Positions 47,666 through 60,883 of a stretch of 64,000 nt of DNA are shown piece by piece (position 1 is the first letter of the stretch; each line of letters opens with the position of its first letter). Source of the stretch: Sphyrna mokarran. Its lineage: Eukaryota. The position numbers were made by a program, and so were the translations under genes. Below the pieces are notes generated by a model. That model was not told the DNA's origin and did not search any database. It saw only the letters and a program-made list of their open reading frames with translations. The stretch covers positions 37,820,001 through 37,884,000 of the forward strand of contig JAGIQG010000007.1 in assembly GCA_024679065.1 (NCBI GenBank), read 5' to 3'.

Positions 47666-50600
47666 AGAACCCAGCTAAATATTAGAATTTATTTAACAAC
47701 ATGATTTATCTATTTATAATCTGAATCCAGGATGATTTTATGTAGTGAAATTTGGTTTTCTCTTCCATAGTTGTAAAAACATTAATGAAACTTGTGGTAT
47801 ATTTCATATTTTGAAGATTGTCAGTGGGGCAGTGATTGTGGTGACTGGCTTCGGTAAAGGTGCTGTACTTAATTAGAGGAGTTGGATCTCTTAAGTCTAG
47901 GGCTGTGTCACAATAAGGCAAGTGAATGTCATCACCATAGCAACCTGTGCAGTCCTGCATTCCAACAGTTGAATTTGATTATTTTTTTAAAGCATTGAAT
48001 GAGAATGAGTAATGATTTTAAGTGTGATGCTGCAAAGAGTAACAATTCTTTCCATCCAAATATGGCAGCTTTTGCAGGTTATTGTTTGAGGAAATCGGGT
48101 AGACATTTGGATGTGAATTAATTTAATTTGTCTTTCTTCTTCAGCCCACACAAAAATTCAGAGTTTAATATATTGCTAGATTAGATTGTTTCAGAGGAGG
48201 GGAATGTTTTGACCCATTTCATACATTCATCCAGAGTCATCTTAGAATCATTTTTCACTGAAGCTATTGGCCTTTTTTCCCACTTTGGCAAAGCATTTTG
48301 TCCTTGTTTTTTCATTCTGTAAAGTACCTGGAAGCATTATCACCATTAAATAAATCCTATGTAAGTTGCTTCTGCTATGAGATCTCAAATGGAGAAATAT
48401 CACGAAGTTCCTCTCCTTTATTCCTCTAAAGGTTTTCCTCTCCAGTACCTTGTACAGGTAACCATTCTAGGTGTTGATCGTATTCCCATTTGAAAAGTTC
48501 TTCCCAATACCTGTCTGGAGTTTTTTCCACTTGTTTTAAACTGTGCTGCTTTGTTCTAATGTCCTGTCATATCTTAATGTTGTGTTCTAGATTAATCTTA
48601 CTATGTTAACAATTACAAGCATAGAAATAAGATTGGCCATTTATCTTGCCACCCATAAAAACTTGTGGACTCTCTCAACTTCTCATTACATTATCAAAAT
48701 TTATCTTGAATTATCAGAGTTTTTGCTTACCTATTCACCATGCCATTAGTTATTAAAGGAAGGTATTCTGTCATCCAAAGACTCGCATAAAATCCCTACA
48801 GTGCAGAAGGAGGCCATGTGGTCTAATGTGTCAGCACCTAGTCTCCTGAAAAACATATTACCTAGGCCCACCTCTCCAATCCCCATAACTGCAGTTATTT
48901 ACTAACCCACATATCTTTGATTCTGTCCTCCTTGGAGGCCTTAAATATATCCATATAGCTTGATGACCTGATTGACTGCATGCTCATTTGTTAGTTCATC
49001 CAGTGCCTGTCATCTTTGATCAACATTTCCTATTTTTAATTAATTTAAATACCAAATATTGCATCTGTATTATTGTTGTATATTTTGGAATTACTTGAGA
49101 AAATATTCAGTATAGATGTACAATCAGCAGTTTATTTTCCTGCCTTCAAAAAGAGACAATTTCTTGGCTGCCTATCTCAAAGGTATTTAGATGATGCGAT
49201 AGCATAGTGATTCTGGTACTGGACTTCCATCACAGCACTTGCAAGTATAAATGCCATCAGGTGAATTGTGAAATTCAAGTCAGCTAGTTTGCAGTCCATG
49301 AAAGTTCCAGATTGTTATTAAACCCAAATCGTTTGTTCATGTCTTTGGGAGGGTCTTACTGCTGCTATTTGGTATGTCCTACATGTAACTTCATTTATAC
49401 ACTAGTTGACTCAATTTCTTCAGGGTAATTAGGAATGGGCAATAAATGCTTCATTGCTATTTTTTTCCCCACTTGCCAAAAACACACTAAAAAGACATAG
49501 AAATAAACTAGTGTGCTATAATTGATAAACTTTCTACAACAGTAATATGAATTATGTGACTAAAAAGCTGTTTTAACTTCTCCCAGCTGACCAAACATAA
49601 ATGGCCTGTGTTGCCACTCATTCTGCTTTAGTTTTTGTGTTGCAGGCTGGTACACATCTTGGCCCAAAGCTATGCTGAGAAACTGTCTTAATTGTAACCT
49701 TCCAGCAACTGAAAATGTATGATCTTGTGAAAACAGCAGCTTGCACTTGTGTAGTACCAAGGTCATTACAGAGAGGAAAAACAAAACAACCAGCTATTTA
49801 ACTATGTAAAGAGAGTGAGTCAATAATTTGGTTGAAAAAATGGCTTTTAAGAAGGACTTTAAAGGTAAAGGAAGAACAGGGTTGGGAGCAGATACATTTA
49901 GGGTGGAATGAGGCTATTTGAGACTCTAATGACGGGAGGGAGAGATCTACAGAAAGCCAAAGTTAATTGATTTAAAGATGCAGTAAAGGATGCAAGACTG
50001 AAAGATCTTCAATAAATGGGATTGGATGATGCCATGGAGGCATTTGAAGAAGGTGAGAAGTTTGAATTCTGTTTTGGGGAAGGGTTGTAGATCTTCAATG
50101 GCAAGGGTAATGCAATTTGTATGTTTGTGTAAGCTTATTGGTCCAGGCTCCCAGTTTTGTACAGCATTGAATGAGTTCTGCATTGTTGAAAGGTGCTTTA
50201 GATGAAATATTAAATAGTGGTTTGTTTCAGTGGATGTTGATGTTCTAATATTCGTATGAAGAGGTCAGGAAGGACTTCTAGTATGATGCTCATTGTTCTT
50301 TTCTGAATGAAGATCACAAGATAATTACAGATAAGGAAGGTCAGAGCTGCCAAAGTACCACCAAGCACCAACAACAGCATGAATTACGAATTCTGTGGGT
50401 GCTGATGTTGATCCTGCATCAGATATCTTAGTATTGAGACGACCTAGAGAAGATGATGAAATCACACCCAAATAATTGCCTGATAGTACAGAGCTAGAGT
50501 ATTGCTGAAAAACTGACCTGATGTCAAAACTTCTGAATAAGAATTACATTAGCTCTCTTCCAATTTAGTGGAATCTTCCATGAATCTAGGGAGTTTTGGA

Positions 50601-52119
50601 AAATGAAACCAATGCATCAACTATTTCATTAGACAATTCTTTTAATACCCTAGAATGGAGTCTACTGGGACCATGGCATTTGTCAGCCCGCAGCTCCAAT
50701 AATTTATTTAATACCAATTCTCTAGAGATTGTAATTTTCCCGAGTTCCTCACTCCCTTATTTTTAGCTACTTTTGGGATGCTATTTATATCATCTATAGT
50801 AGAAACGGATGTAAAATACGTTCAATTTAGCGGCTATCTCCTTGTTTTCCATTATTAATTCTGATTGCACAATCATAGTTAGACATGGTTCTGAGTTTTG
50901 CATGCAGTTTGAGTACTCTGTTTATTGTAAACACTCAAAGGAACATGCAGTTTGATACGATCAGCTAGTCATTGGGACACAAAGCCTATGTCCCTGGTAA
51001 TACACTGTTCCTGCAATTCATATACCAGGTTATTCATTTTGTGATTGGCAGAATATCTTTTTGGCTTGAAGGCTGAATCCAGTTAGTGGAAAATACACTA
51101 ATGTTGTCACTCCATAATAGCAATGTGAAACAGATTGCTTATTTTTTTTTTACAGTACCTTGCCCTTTCAGCTAATTTGAGATACACTGGGAGTTCAAGT
51201 CTGAAAGTGGTAGCCTTGGGCTCACTCATGAGAATGCATGGTACACAGCGAGCAAGATCTGAAGTAGGTAGTCATTCTCCCACAGGATAGCTTTGATGTG
51301 TCCCGCTTTGGTGTCAACCTTGCATGGTGAGCAGATTGCCTGAGTCTTGCTTGTAAGATTGCTGATAAGGCCAATGTGTATATTGACCAATGACAGTAGA
51401 CTGATAGTTTGAATGTAATCGAATACCAAAGAGTTTAATATGATTATAATCAGTGACCAAATAACATGTGCCATGTCCTCAAGACTTTTCCATTCCTCCA
51501 GTTGCTCAGCCTTTTACAAAGCATCCCTAGTCAGCGTAACTGTAAACTGTTTTAACCCATTGCCTGTTAATCCTAGAAATAGCCCATGACGTTCCCATGT
51601 TCCCAACTTCTGGTCGACAAAACAGAGTCATCGGAGTAAAACTTGTATAGCCATTTAACCTGCTCAACAGCATTGTCTTTGTTTCTGAACATGCTGTCTG
51701 AAATAAATTTATATCACCAGTTGAATATCTGATAACAACACTTGCATGAGAGCTAGCTGTTTCAGTGTGTTTGTCACACCAGGAACTGTTGGGTTGCATA
51801 TGTATAATAACACACGTGAGTTTGGATATCCATTATGATCTAGTGTTGGGTGAACATTCTCAAATTTTAACATGTGGTGGTTAATGATCACCACAACAAT
51901 CACTTGATTGAAATGCTGAAGTTGCTCAAACTTTTTATTGCATTTTCAGATCTCATTCCTAGAAATAGCAACACAATTGGGATCAAAGTTTGCTTCAACA
52001 AACTCATTCTCAGGATGCCTTTTAAGCTTCATTGGTGTGTAAAATATTTTGTCGCCAGATGTGTATTAACACGCTGCAGAATTAGACGAGATTGATTAGA
52101 AAAATATGATGCAACCTTT

Positions 52120-53140
52120 GAATATTATTGTCACATGTATTACTGTACAGTGAATAGTATTTTTTTCTTGTGTACTATACAAAGCATACTGTACATAGGA
52201 AAAGAGAGAGCATAATGTAGTGTTACAATCATAGCTGTTGTAGAGCTAGATCAACTAATGCGAGGTAGGTCCATTCAAAAGTCTCAAGGTAGCAGGGAAG
52301 ATGACGTTTTTGAGTCATTCGATACATTATCTCAGACTTGTGTATCTTTTTCCTGACAGAAGAAAGTGGAAGAGAGTATGTCCAGGGTATGTAGAGTCTT
52401 AATTATGCTGTTTTTTCGGAGGCAGCAAGGAGTATAGATTATGTCAATGGACGGAACTTGATTTGAGCGATGAATTGGGCTACATTCACGACAGTTTGTA
52501 GTTTCTTGTGGTCTTGGACAGAGCAGGAGCCATATGCTTTCTATGGTGCATCTGTAGAAATTAGTGAGAGTTGTAGTGGAATGTCAAATTTCCTTAGTCT
52601 CTTGAGAAAATAGATGCATTGGATAGGCTTTTTTAACTATAGCATCTGCAAGGAAGGATAAGGACAGGTTGATGATCTGGACACCTAAAAAATTGAAGAT
52701 CTCAACCATTTCTATCTCATCCCATTGATATAGACAGGAATTAGTAAGTCTAACAGAGAGAGGAGAGGAGTCTCAGGCCATGAAGTTTGAAAGTGAGTCT
52801 CATAGGAATATCAGTGTTAAAGATTGAGCTGTAGTCTATAAATAGAAATCTGACATAAGTGTCTTCGTTATCTAGGTATCCCAGGGTTCAGTATAGGGCC
52901 AGGGAGATGGCATCTCCTGCGGATCTGTTGTGGCAATAGGCAAACTGTAGAGAACCCAGGCATCTGAGAGGCAGGAGTTGATTTGTGCCATGGCTAACCT
53001 TTCAAAGCACTTCATAATCATGGATGTCAGAACCACTGGATGATGGTCATTCTTTTCTTTAATAGCCTGTCTTTTCTTTGGTACCAGGATAATGATCATC
53101 TTCTTGAAGCAGGTAGAGACCTCAGATTGGTGTAAAGATC
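52120..53140 (-). mobile_element. Rex1/Babar-type non-LTR retrotransposon fragment
   Basis: IILVPKK...NDHHPVVLTSMIMKCFERL matches the Rex1/Babar RT motif IIPVPKK...NDYRPVALTS.IMKCFERL. Confidence 0.75.
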
Positions 53141-53439
53141 TATATTAGTGACAAGGATGCAAATTATGTGCAAATTTACAAGAAGACCTCACATTAACAT
53201 TCATTGAATTTGATAAATTGGTGTTAATATCTTTGGATTCCATAATAATATAAAGCAATCCCATTAAACTTCATTTTAAAATCTATTTGAAGTTTATTTT
53301 AGGTAAGTTAAAACCTGAATTATGTGATAGTAACAAAAACATCAGCTGCTTATGGAATTAACTTTTTTACATTTTAAAAGACAAACCCAGACATAAGTCA
53401 GTTTTAGCTCATGTCAGGTTCATGCAGTCTTAAAGTTAA

Positions 53440-53908
53440 GTTTGGATTATGAGGAGAGACTGAATAGGCTAGGTTTGTATTCTTTGGAGTTTAGAAGGCT
53501 GAGAGGGGATCTGATAGAGACGTATAAGATGATGAAGGGGATGGATAGGATAGAGGTTGAGAGACTCTTCCCGCTTAGCAAAGGTAGCAGGACTAGAGGG
53601 CACAGCCTCAAGATGAGAGGGGGGGGGAGGGTGTTGTTCAGATCAGAGTTGCGGAGAGGTTTCTTCACGCAAAGGATGGTGAATCTTTGGAATTCTCTGC
53701 CTGATGAGGTGGTGGAAGCTTCCTCACTGAATATGTTCAAGTCAAGAGTGGATAGGTTTTTAATTGACAAGGGAATTAAGGGTTACGGGGAGAAAGCGGG
53801 AAAGTGGTACTGAATCACTACAGATCAGCCATGATCTTATTGAATGGCAGGGTTGGCTCGAGGGGCTGTGTGGCCTACTCCTGCTCCTATTTCTTATGTT
53901 CTTATGTT
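53440..53908 (+). mobile_element. Young CR1 3' end of a second subfamily (TTCTTATG tail)
   Basis: Open 123-aa frame and an intact 3' UTR. Confidence 0.9.
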
Positions 53909-54159
53909 TAAAACTTTAAACATTCTGTGAAATTTTGTTATCATTACAGCAACAGAAAATCCCACTACCCTTTTCTGGCCCATAAATTCCAGGATCACCA
54001 AGATTCTTAAACCATCGTAATCATCTCAAATTAGAAACAATACATCAATCAACCAATTTGTACTGCATATTCCACTAATTTCAATGGATTAATAGAACAT
54101 CAACTGATGCTTCCACGGAGAAAGATTTGCATTCGTGTAGGTTTTTCACAGCCAGATGG

Positions 54160-55800
54160 TGACATCCTAAATGAATATTTCTCATTGGTATTCACTATTG
54201 AGAAAAGCACGGAAGTTAGGGAACTTGGGGAAATAAGTAGTGATATCTTGAGGAGTGTACATATAATGAAGGAGATGCTGGAAATCTTAAAATGCATCGA
54301 GATAGATAAATCCCTGGGACCTGATGAAGTATCCCAGAACGCTGTAGGAAGCTAGGGAGGAAATTGCAAGTACCCTAGCAGAGGTATTTGAATCATTGAT
54401 AGTCATAGATGAGGTGCCTGAAGATTGGAGGGCGGTAAATGTTTTGCCTTTGGTTAAAAAGGGCTGCAGGGAAAAGCCTGGGAACTGTAGGCCTCGATCT
54501 ACCGGCATTTAGAGACACAAGGACTGATTAGGGACAGTCAGCATGGCATTGAGAGTGGAAAACCATGTCTCACAAATTTGATTGAGTTTTTTGAAGGGAA
54601 ATGAAGAAGGTACATGAGAACAGTGCAGTTGATATTGTCCACAATGACTTTAGCAAGGCCTTTGACAAAGTATCACATGGGTGGTTGCATAAGGTCAAAT
54701 TTCACAGGATCTAGGGTGAGGTAGCCAAATGGATACAAAATTGGCTTAATGACAGAAGTCAAAGGGTGGTTGTAGATGGTTGTTTTTTGAACTGGAATCC
54801 TCTGAACAGTGGTGTGCCTCAAGGATTGGTGCTGGGTCCACTGTTATCTGTTAATTTATATTAATGATTTGGATGAGAATTTAGTAGGCACGATTAGTAA
54901 GCATGCAGATGACCCCAAGATTGGTGGCATAGTGGCCAGTGAAGAAGGTTATGTAGGATTGCAACAGGATCTTGATTAATTGGGACAGTGGGTTGACGAA
55001 TGGTAGATGGAATTTAATTTGGATCACTGTCTGGTGATGCATTTTGTAGATTGGACCAGGGCAGGACTTACTCAGTTAATGGTAGGGCACTGGGGAGAGT
55101 TATAGAACAAAAACATTTCGGGATATAGATTCATTGACCCTTGAAAATGGAGTCACAGATGGTAAAGAAAGCATTCAGAATGCTTGGTTTCATTGGTCAG
55201 AGCATTGAATATAGAAGTTGGGATGCCTTGTTAAAGTTGTACAAGAATTGGTGAGGCCACACTTGGAAGACTATGTATAGTTCTGATCATCCTAGTATAG
55301 AAAGGATATTATTAAACTAAAAAGAGTGCAGAAAAGATTTATCAGGATGCTAGTGGGACTTGTTGGTTTGAGTTATAATGAGAGGCTGTATAGACTGGGA
55401 CATTTTTCCTTTGGAGCATGGGGGGCTTATGAGTGATCTTTTAGGCATTATAAAATACTGAGGAGCATAAATCAGTTAGATAGTCAATATCTTCTCCCAA
55501 AGGTAGGGGAGTCTAAAACTAGAGGGCATATGTTAAAGGTGATAGGGGAGAGATACAAAAGTGTCAAGAAGGGCAATTTTTTCACTGAAGGTGGTGATTA
55601 TGTGGAACAAGCTCCAGAGGTAGTAATAGAGGCGGATACAATTTTGTCTTTTAAAAAGTGTTTGACAGTTACATGGGTAAGATGGGTACAGAGGGATATG
55701 GGCCAAATGTGAGCAATTGGGACTAACTTAGAGGTTTAAAAAAAGGGTGTCATGGGCAAGTTGGGCTGAAGGGCCTGTTTTCATGCTGTAAATCTCCATC
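54160..55800 (+). mobile_element. Decayed CR1 LINE
   Basis: NEYFSLVFT and DKSLGPD motifs, RT remnants and a tail. Confidence 0.85.
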
Positions 55801-56254
55801 ACTCTGACTCTGTCTCAAAGCATGTCGCAGCAAATGAAATAGTTTGAAGATTCCTGACTGTTGCAGTTAACAACTTCCTGGCTCCCCAGAGTCAAATTGG
55901 GGTATTCTCCAAAGATACACTGGGGAATCCCCCTCAGAAATTCCGAGATGAGGGTTGACCTGGCAATTGTCCAGAAACTAAAGCATTCCCTGGAAATTTA
56001 TGTTGCACTGGGAAGAATCTGTCAGCGATTTGAATTGTTAACTTTCGATGGTTCTGCCAATGTAACGTTGATAGTCATTGAGTTAAAAGAAATAAAAGTA
56101 CTTTGAATTCAATGTAACTATTTTAAAGACCCAGACCAAGCCCCATGCAAGATATGTAGCCTCCTCCCCTTCCGTTCAGAATTTTCCACCTGCCCGTAAC
56201 CTGATCTGTGCACTAACTTCTCCCCCCACTACACCTCCATGTCCAAACTCCCCT

Positions 56255-56890
56255 CCCCTCTACTGACACAACAACAATAATTTCTCCCTCAATGTTAACA
56301 AAACAAAGGACATTGTCATCGACTTACGAAGCAAAAGGGAGACTGTCCCTGTTGATGAAGACAAAGTCGAAATGGTTGAAGCTTCAAGTTTTTAGGTGTC
56401 CAGATTACCAACAACCTGTCCTAATGCATCCACACCAACATTATAGTTAAGGAAGCCCACAAACTCCTTTACTTTCTCAGAAGACTAAGGAAATTTGGCA
56501 TGTTAGCTACAATTCTCACCAACTTTTACAGATGTCCCATAGAAAGCATTTTTTCTGGTTGTATCATAGTTTGGTATGGCTCCTGCTCTGCCTGAGACCG
56601 CAAGTCACGAATGTAGTCGAATCCATCTCGCAAATCAGGCTCCCATCTGTTGACTCTTGTATACTTCTTGCTGCCTTGGCAAAATAATCAGCATAAGTAA
56701 GGACCCCATGCACCCGGACTTTCTCTCTTCCACCACCTTCCGTTGGGAAAAAGATACAAAAGTCTCAGGTCACGTACCAACTGACTCAAGAACAGCTTCT
56801 TCCCTGCTGCTGTCAGAATTTTGAATGGTCTTACCTTGCATTAATTTGATCTTTCTCTACACCCTAGCTATGACTGTAACACGACAGTCT
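56255..56890 (+). mobile_element. Rex1/Babar-type 3' fragment
   Basis: SLNVNKTK, FKFLGVQIT and LYFLRRLRKFG motifs; homologous to the 52120 element. Confidence 0.75.
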
Positions 56891-57849
56891 CCCTGGACTA
56901 TCAATTATAGTGAACACTTGTTGTAATGCAGACATGGATCACTTAGGGAGCATAATATTTATATTTCAACCATTTGGCTTGTTTACTATATATCAAGATT
57001 TCTGAAGGAAATCTCTAGACAACTGGGGATGAGGAATTTAAGTTTAGAACTAATGCATCTCCCCTTGAATTGGGTGTCATAAACTTAGAAGCAGACGATG
57101 TTGCCAAAGAGCACCATGTATATGAAGAAGAAGGAGCCTGATAAATTGTTCAAGTCATGCAGCAATGATGGGAAGAGAACCCATTGCACCAGCTGCAATG
57201 GTGTAGGTAAGAGAGGAACCAAGTGAGAGCTGGATATTAGAGGATGTGTCTTGACCATGGCAAAGGTTGCAGAGTGGACATGGAGGGATAATACATCACA
57301 GTCAAAGAATATTATTTATGACTTTGGTTAGTTTTAGCACAATGGCAGTAGAAGAAATCTCAGATTAAAATAGCACATTGTTAGAAAGAAAGGCACAATC
57401 TAAACGGACAAGGAATTTGGACTGATGTCAAAATCAATTTCATTTTATGTATTTGGGTCACTGCTTACAAAAAAGATAAGAGAGTACCGGAATGGTGAAT
57501 TGCTTTAATTCTCTGTGGATTCTACGCCACGTTTTTATCTTGTTAGATTGGTGCATTTTTTCTGTTTGGGATTTTGGTTGAATTGTGCTAAAATCTGTTT
57601 AAATGTCTCCAGCGTCCCAGTTTTACAGGATTGAGAAATTTGGCTTAAAAACATTCATGTCATCACCCGTTTAGTTTCTTCTCTCCGTTTTTATCCTTCC
57701 TTGTTCTCACCTGTTTGTTCTGTTCCATATTTTGCTTTCTATGTTTTTTTTCCTTTTTCCTTTGCTCCTTGTTTCTCTCTTTATTTCCCTAATTTTCTTT
57801 TTTCTGCTATCTCTGTCTCTTCTTGCCTTTGTTTCCTCCGTTTGATCTC

Positions 57850-58090
57850 TGCTGTGGGATTCCAGACTTGGGTTACTGTGGAGTTTGCCTGTGTCTGCAT
57901 GCGTTTACTTGAATGCTCCAGTTTCCTTCCACAGTCCAAAGATGTGCAGGGTAGGTAGATTAAACAAAGTAAATGTGCAGAGTTATGAGAGTAGGCATAG
58001 GGTTACAGAGCTGGGTGGGATGCTCTTTTGGAAAGTTAGTGCAGAGTCTGGGCAGAATGGCCTCCTTCGTACTATAGGGATTCTGTGGTT
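57850..58090 (+). mobile_element. SINE fragment
   Basis: tccagtttccttccacagtccaaagatgtgcagg body shared with the other copies. Confidence 0.65.
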
Positions 58091-58669
58091 CCTTCTCTGT
58101 CCTGATTCTGCTTTCTCCCTTCTGTCACTACACCCTTCTTTCCTAACACCCTATGTTTGCCCTCTTGCCCTGTCTTTGTTTGTCTTTGCAACCCTCTATT
58201 TCAAGAATTGGTTTCCTAAAAGATTAATAGGAAAATCTGAAGAAATAATTAGTTCTACTTTGTCTTAACATTTATAGTCCAAAGTCTCCAACTCTTGGGC
58301 ACAGCACCAAGTAGTGAATCTCACAAGCTCATGCAACTTGTGAAACTGCTGCACTGTAATAAGATGAATTCAAAGAAAAGGGCCCTTCAGCCCATTTAAT
58401 CATCCTTCTAAAATACTTATTTTATAGCTGCTTAAATACCTCTAGTGGCTTAAAAAACATCTGGGTAACCAGTTCTGGCTGTTGATCTTTATCTGCACTG
58501 AGTAGTAACTCCGGGAGCTGGATTTTCTTGGCTCCTGTTTCTAGCCTATGTAGCAATGTCATTTTCTGTGTCAGACTTGCCTTTGGCGAAAATCTGACTG
58601 CAACTCAGACTTTCAGCAGCATGAACCCTTAATATGGAGATGGGTTTCCTGTCCAGTTCATCATCATAT

Positions 58670-58915
58670 CTTAGTGCAGAAGGAGATTGTTCAGCCCATC
58701 GATCCACCTAGGCACTATCCCCATAAGCCCCTATTTTTACTCAGCTTGTTGCCTTGACACTTTGGGGCAATTTAGTATGAGCAATCAACCTAACCCACAT
58801 ACCTTTGGGCTGTGGGAGGAAACTTACAGCACCCAGAATAAAACCACGCAGACAGAAGGCAAATGTGCAAACTCCACACAGTCACCCAAGGTCCCTGGGC
58901 TGTGAGGTATCCATT
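58670..58915 (-). mobile_element. SINE fragment
   Basis: Homologous to 7125-7440. Confidence 0.65.
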
Positions 58916-59264
58916 ATGCTGCCCAATAAAGCAAGTGAAAGCAGAAATGGAGGCATATTACATGAAATAGGGGACTATTCAGACATCCACATCAGTTGTC
59001 TGAGGGCACAGAGTTTATGCCAAAGACTTCTGTGCTGCACCACAGGGAAATAAGATGTCATAGATGCCAGAGGAGTGGCACCATGAGACAGAGGTGAGAG
59101 GAGGCCATCTCATCATGCAGCATGGACATCTTTTTTTGGTTCAGTGTCATCTCTCTTCCTCCAATTTTTTTCTTTTCTCGTTTCCTGCATCTCCTTCCAT
59201 GAATTGCACCTTCCAGGATCTCATCATTCTTAAAGTCCACACCCCTCTGGGCATTCTTTCCACA

Positions 59265-59395
59265 CACCTCACGAAGGAACACCATTTCCGAAAGCTTTTG
59301 GGATTACTATCAAATAAACTGGTTGGATTTTAACCTGGTGTTGAGAGAGTTCTTACTGTGTTTACCCAGTCCAATGCTGGCATCTCCACATCATT
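59265..59395 (+). mobile_element. Penelope-type terminal repeat with a mutated hammerhead core
   Basis: CTCACGA-AGGAA...TTCC-GAAAGCTT, followed by the same tail as the 29035 element. Confidence 0.6.
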
Positions 59396-60659
59396 TTTTC
59401 ATTGCCATTTGTGGGAGCTTCCTACATACAAATTAGCTGCAATGTTTCCTATGATTCAATATTAAATACACTTTAAAGATACTTAATTAGCTGTTAAATA
59501 TTGAGTCATTCTGAAGTTATCAAGAGTGCAACTTTATTCTTTCCTATTGACTCTGAACCTATGATGTAATGTCCTACCGTATCTGTAAATATTATTTCAT
59601 GTTTGCATTCTGTATCAGAAAAAAATTGCAGGAGGCCATTTGGTCCATGCAGGCTTTCTGCAAAAACAACTAAGCTAATCCCATTTCCCCCACTTTTTCC
59701 TCATAGCCCTGAAATTCTTTTGTATTCAGGTGCTAATCCAATTTTGTTTCAAAAGCCATGCCTAGATCTCCTTCCATCATATTCGGGATCATAACCATTT
59801 ATTGAATGAAAAGATTTTTCCTACTTTATGCATTTTCATAAGATCTCCTCAGACACCTGAGACTAGAAACCGAGCTTGCACAGTTCTATCTTACCAGTCA
59901 CCATTATCAGAATTTCACCCTTCTCAGGATCACATTACTCCCCATGGATGACTGCAAATCTTGGATACCACCTTGTATCATATTGGCCAGAACTATTTCA
60001 GTGTATCCAACTTGACCACATTATTGTGTAACATTAACACAATGGAAGAGTAGGAGACAGATGCTAATTCTGCACAGATTGAAGATAAATAAATACTCTG
60101 TGCAAGACTAATTATTTTACTAATGGCCATTAACATATTTATTAATGTAATTCTTTAATTTCTAAAACATTTTGATGGTAATCATCTCTGTTTTAAATTA
60201 CATGTCTGGCCCTCTATTTAGATACCAAGAAATGCTGAAATGAGGGAAGTGATGAGAAGGGAGCTTAAAAGCAATAAGAAAAGCATTAAAAATGCATGTC
60301 ATGGGAAGGTCACCCCAGCTGAAAGTATTAGTGTGTTAAATATCAGGGCACTGCCACACAATGCCTAGTTTTGGTTATTTTGCAATGGTGCAGTGAAGTT
60401 CAGCATTCAGAGGGTTAATTGTGGGGCAGCAGGCTGTGTCACATTGCTAGCCATCTTCTTGACAATAAATGAGTCCAATGCAGAGCTGGAGAGCATGAAA
60501 TTAGTGGTTTCTCCCTGTATCTGATTTGCTGTATACAATAGTGTTTTAAATGTGAATCTGTGCCCTGCTGTGACAAGGTTCATTTAAGGAAATGGGGTTT
60601 CGAGAGGTTGAAAACAATTCACTGATTTCTAGTGGGGGGTATTTCAAAGAGGAGAATGG

Positions 60660-60883
60660 GAGAGAGAAGGAGAATACAGTAAAATACAGCTACTAGATTT
60701 ATTTGGCGGAAGAATACAGTACACTGAAGCCAAAAAAATAGTTTTGTCGTAGGAATACAGCGGGTGGGTGGGGTGGGGGGGGGGGAGCTGTGATGTCACA
60801 GCTTCTCGGACTTAACCAGTCAGGCAACCATACAGGCTACACTGCTTGTGCTGTGTGGAGAGAAAGAAAGGGAACCTGCTGAG
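60660..60883 (+). promoter_or_regulatory. Putative internal alternative promoter / 5' UTR for the downstream first exon
   Basis: G-run/CACCC boxes at 60762-60785, palindrome AGCTGTGA-TG-TCACAGCT at 60786-60803, and four AATACAG motifs; no polypyrimidine acceptor precedes the ATG. Confidence 0.55.

Noticed and set aside
51226-51800. Minus-strand ORFs in unassigned sequence
   Set aside because: No recognisable protein motif; possibly an old repeat.
60848-60883. GTG start extending the 634-aa ORF
   Set aside because: Homology begins at the ATG at 60884.
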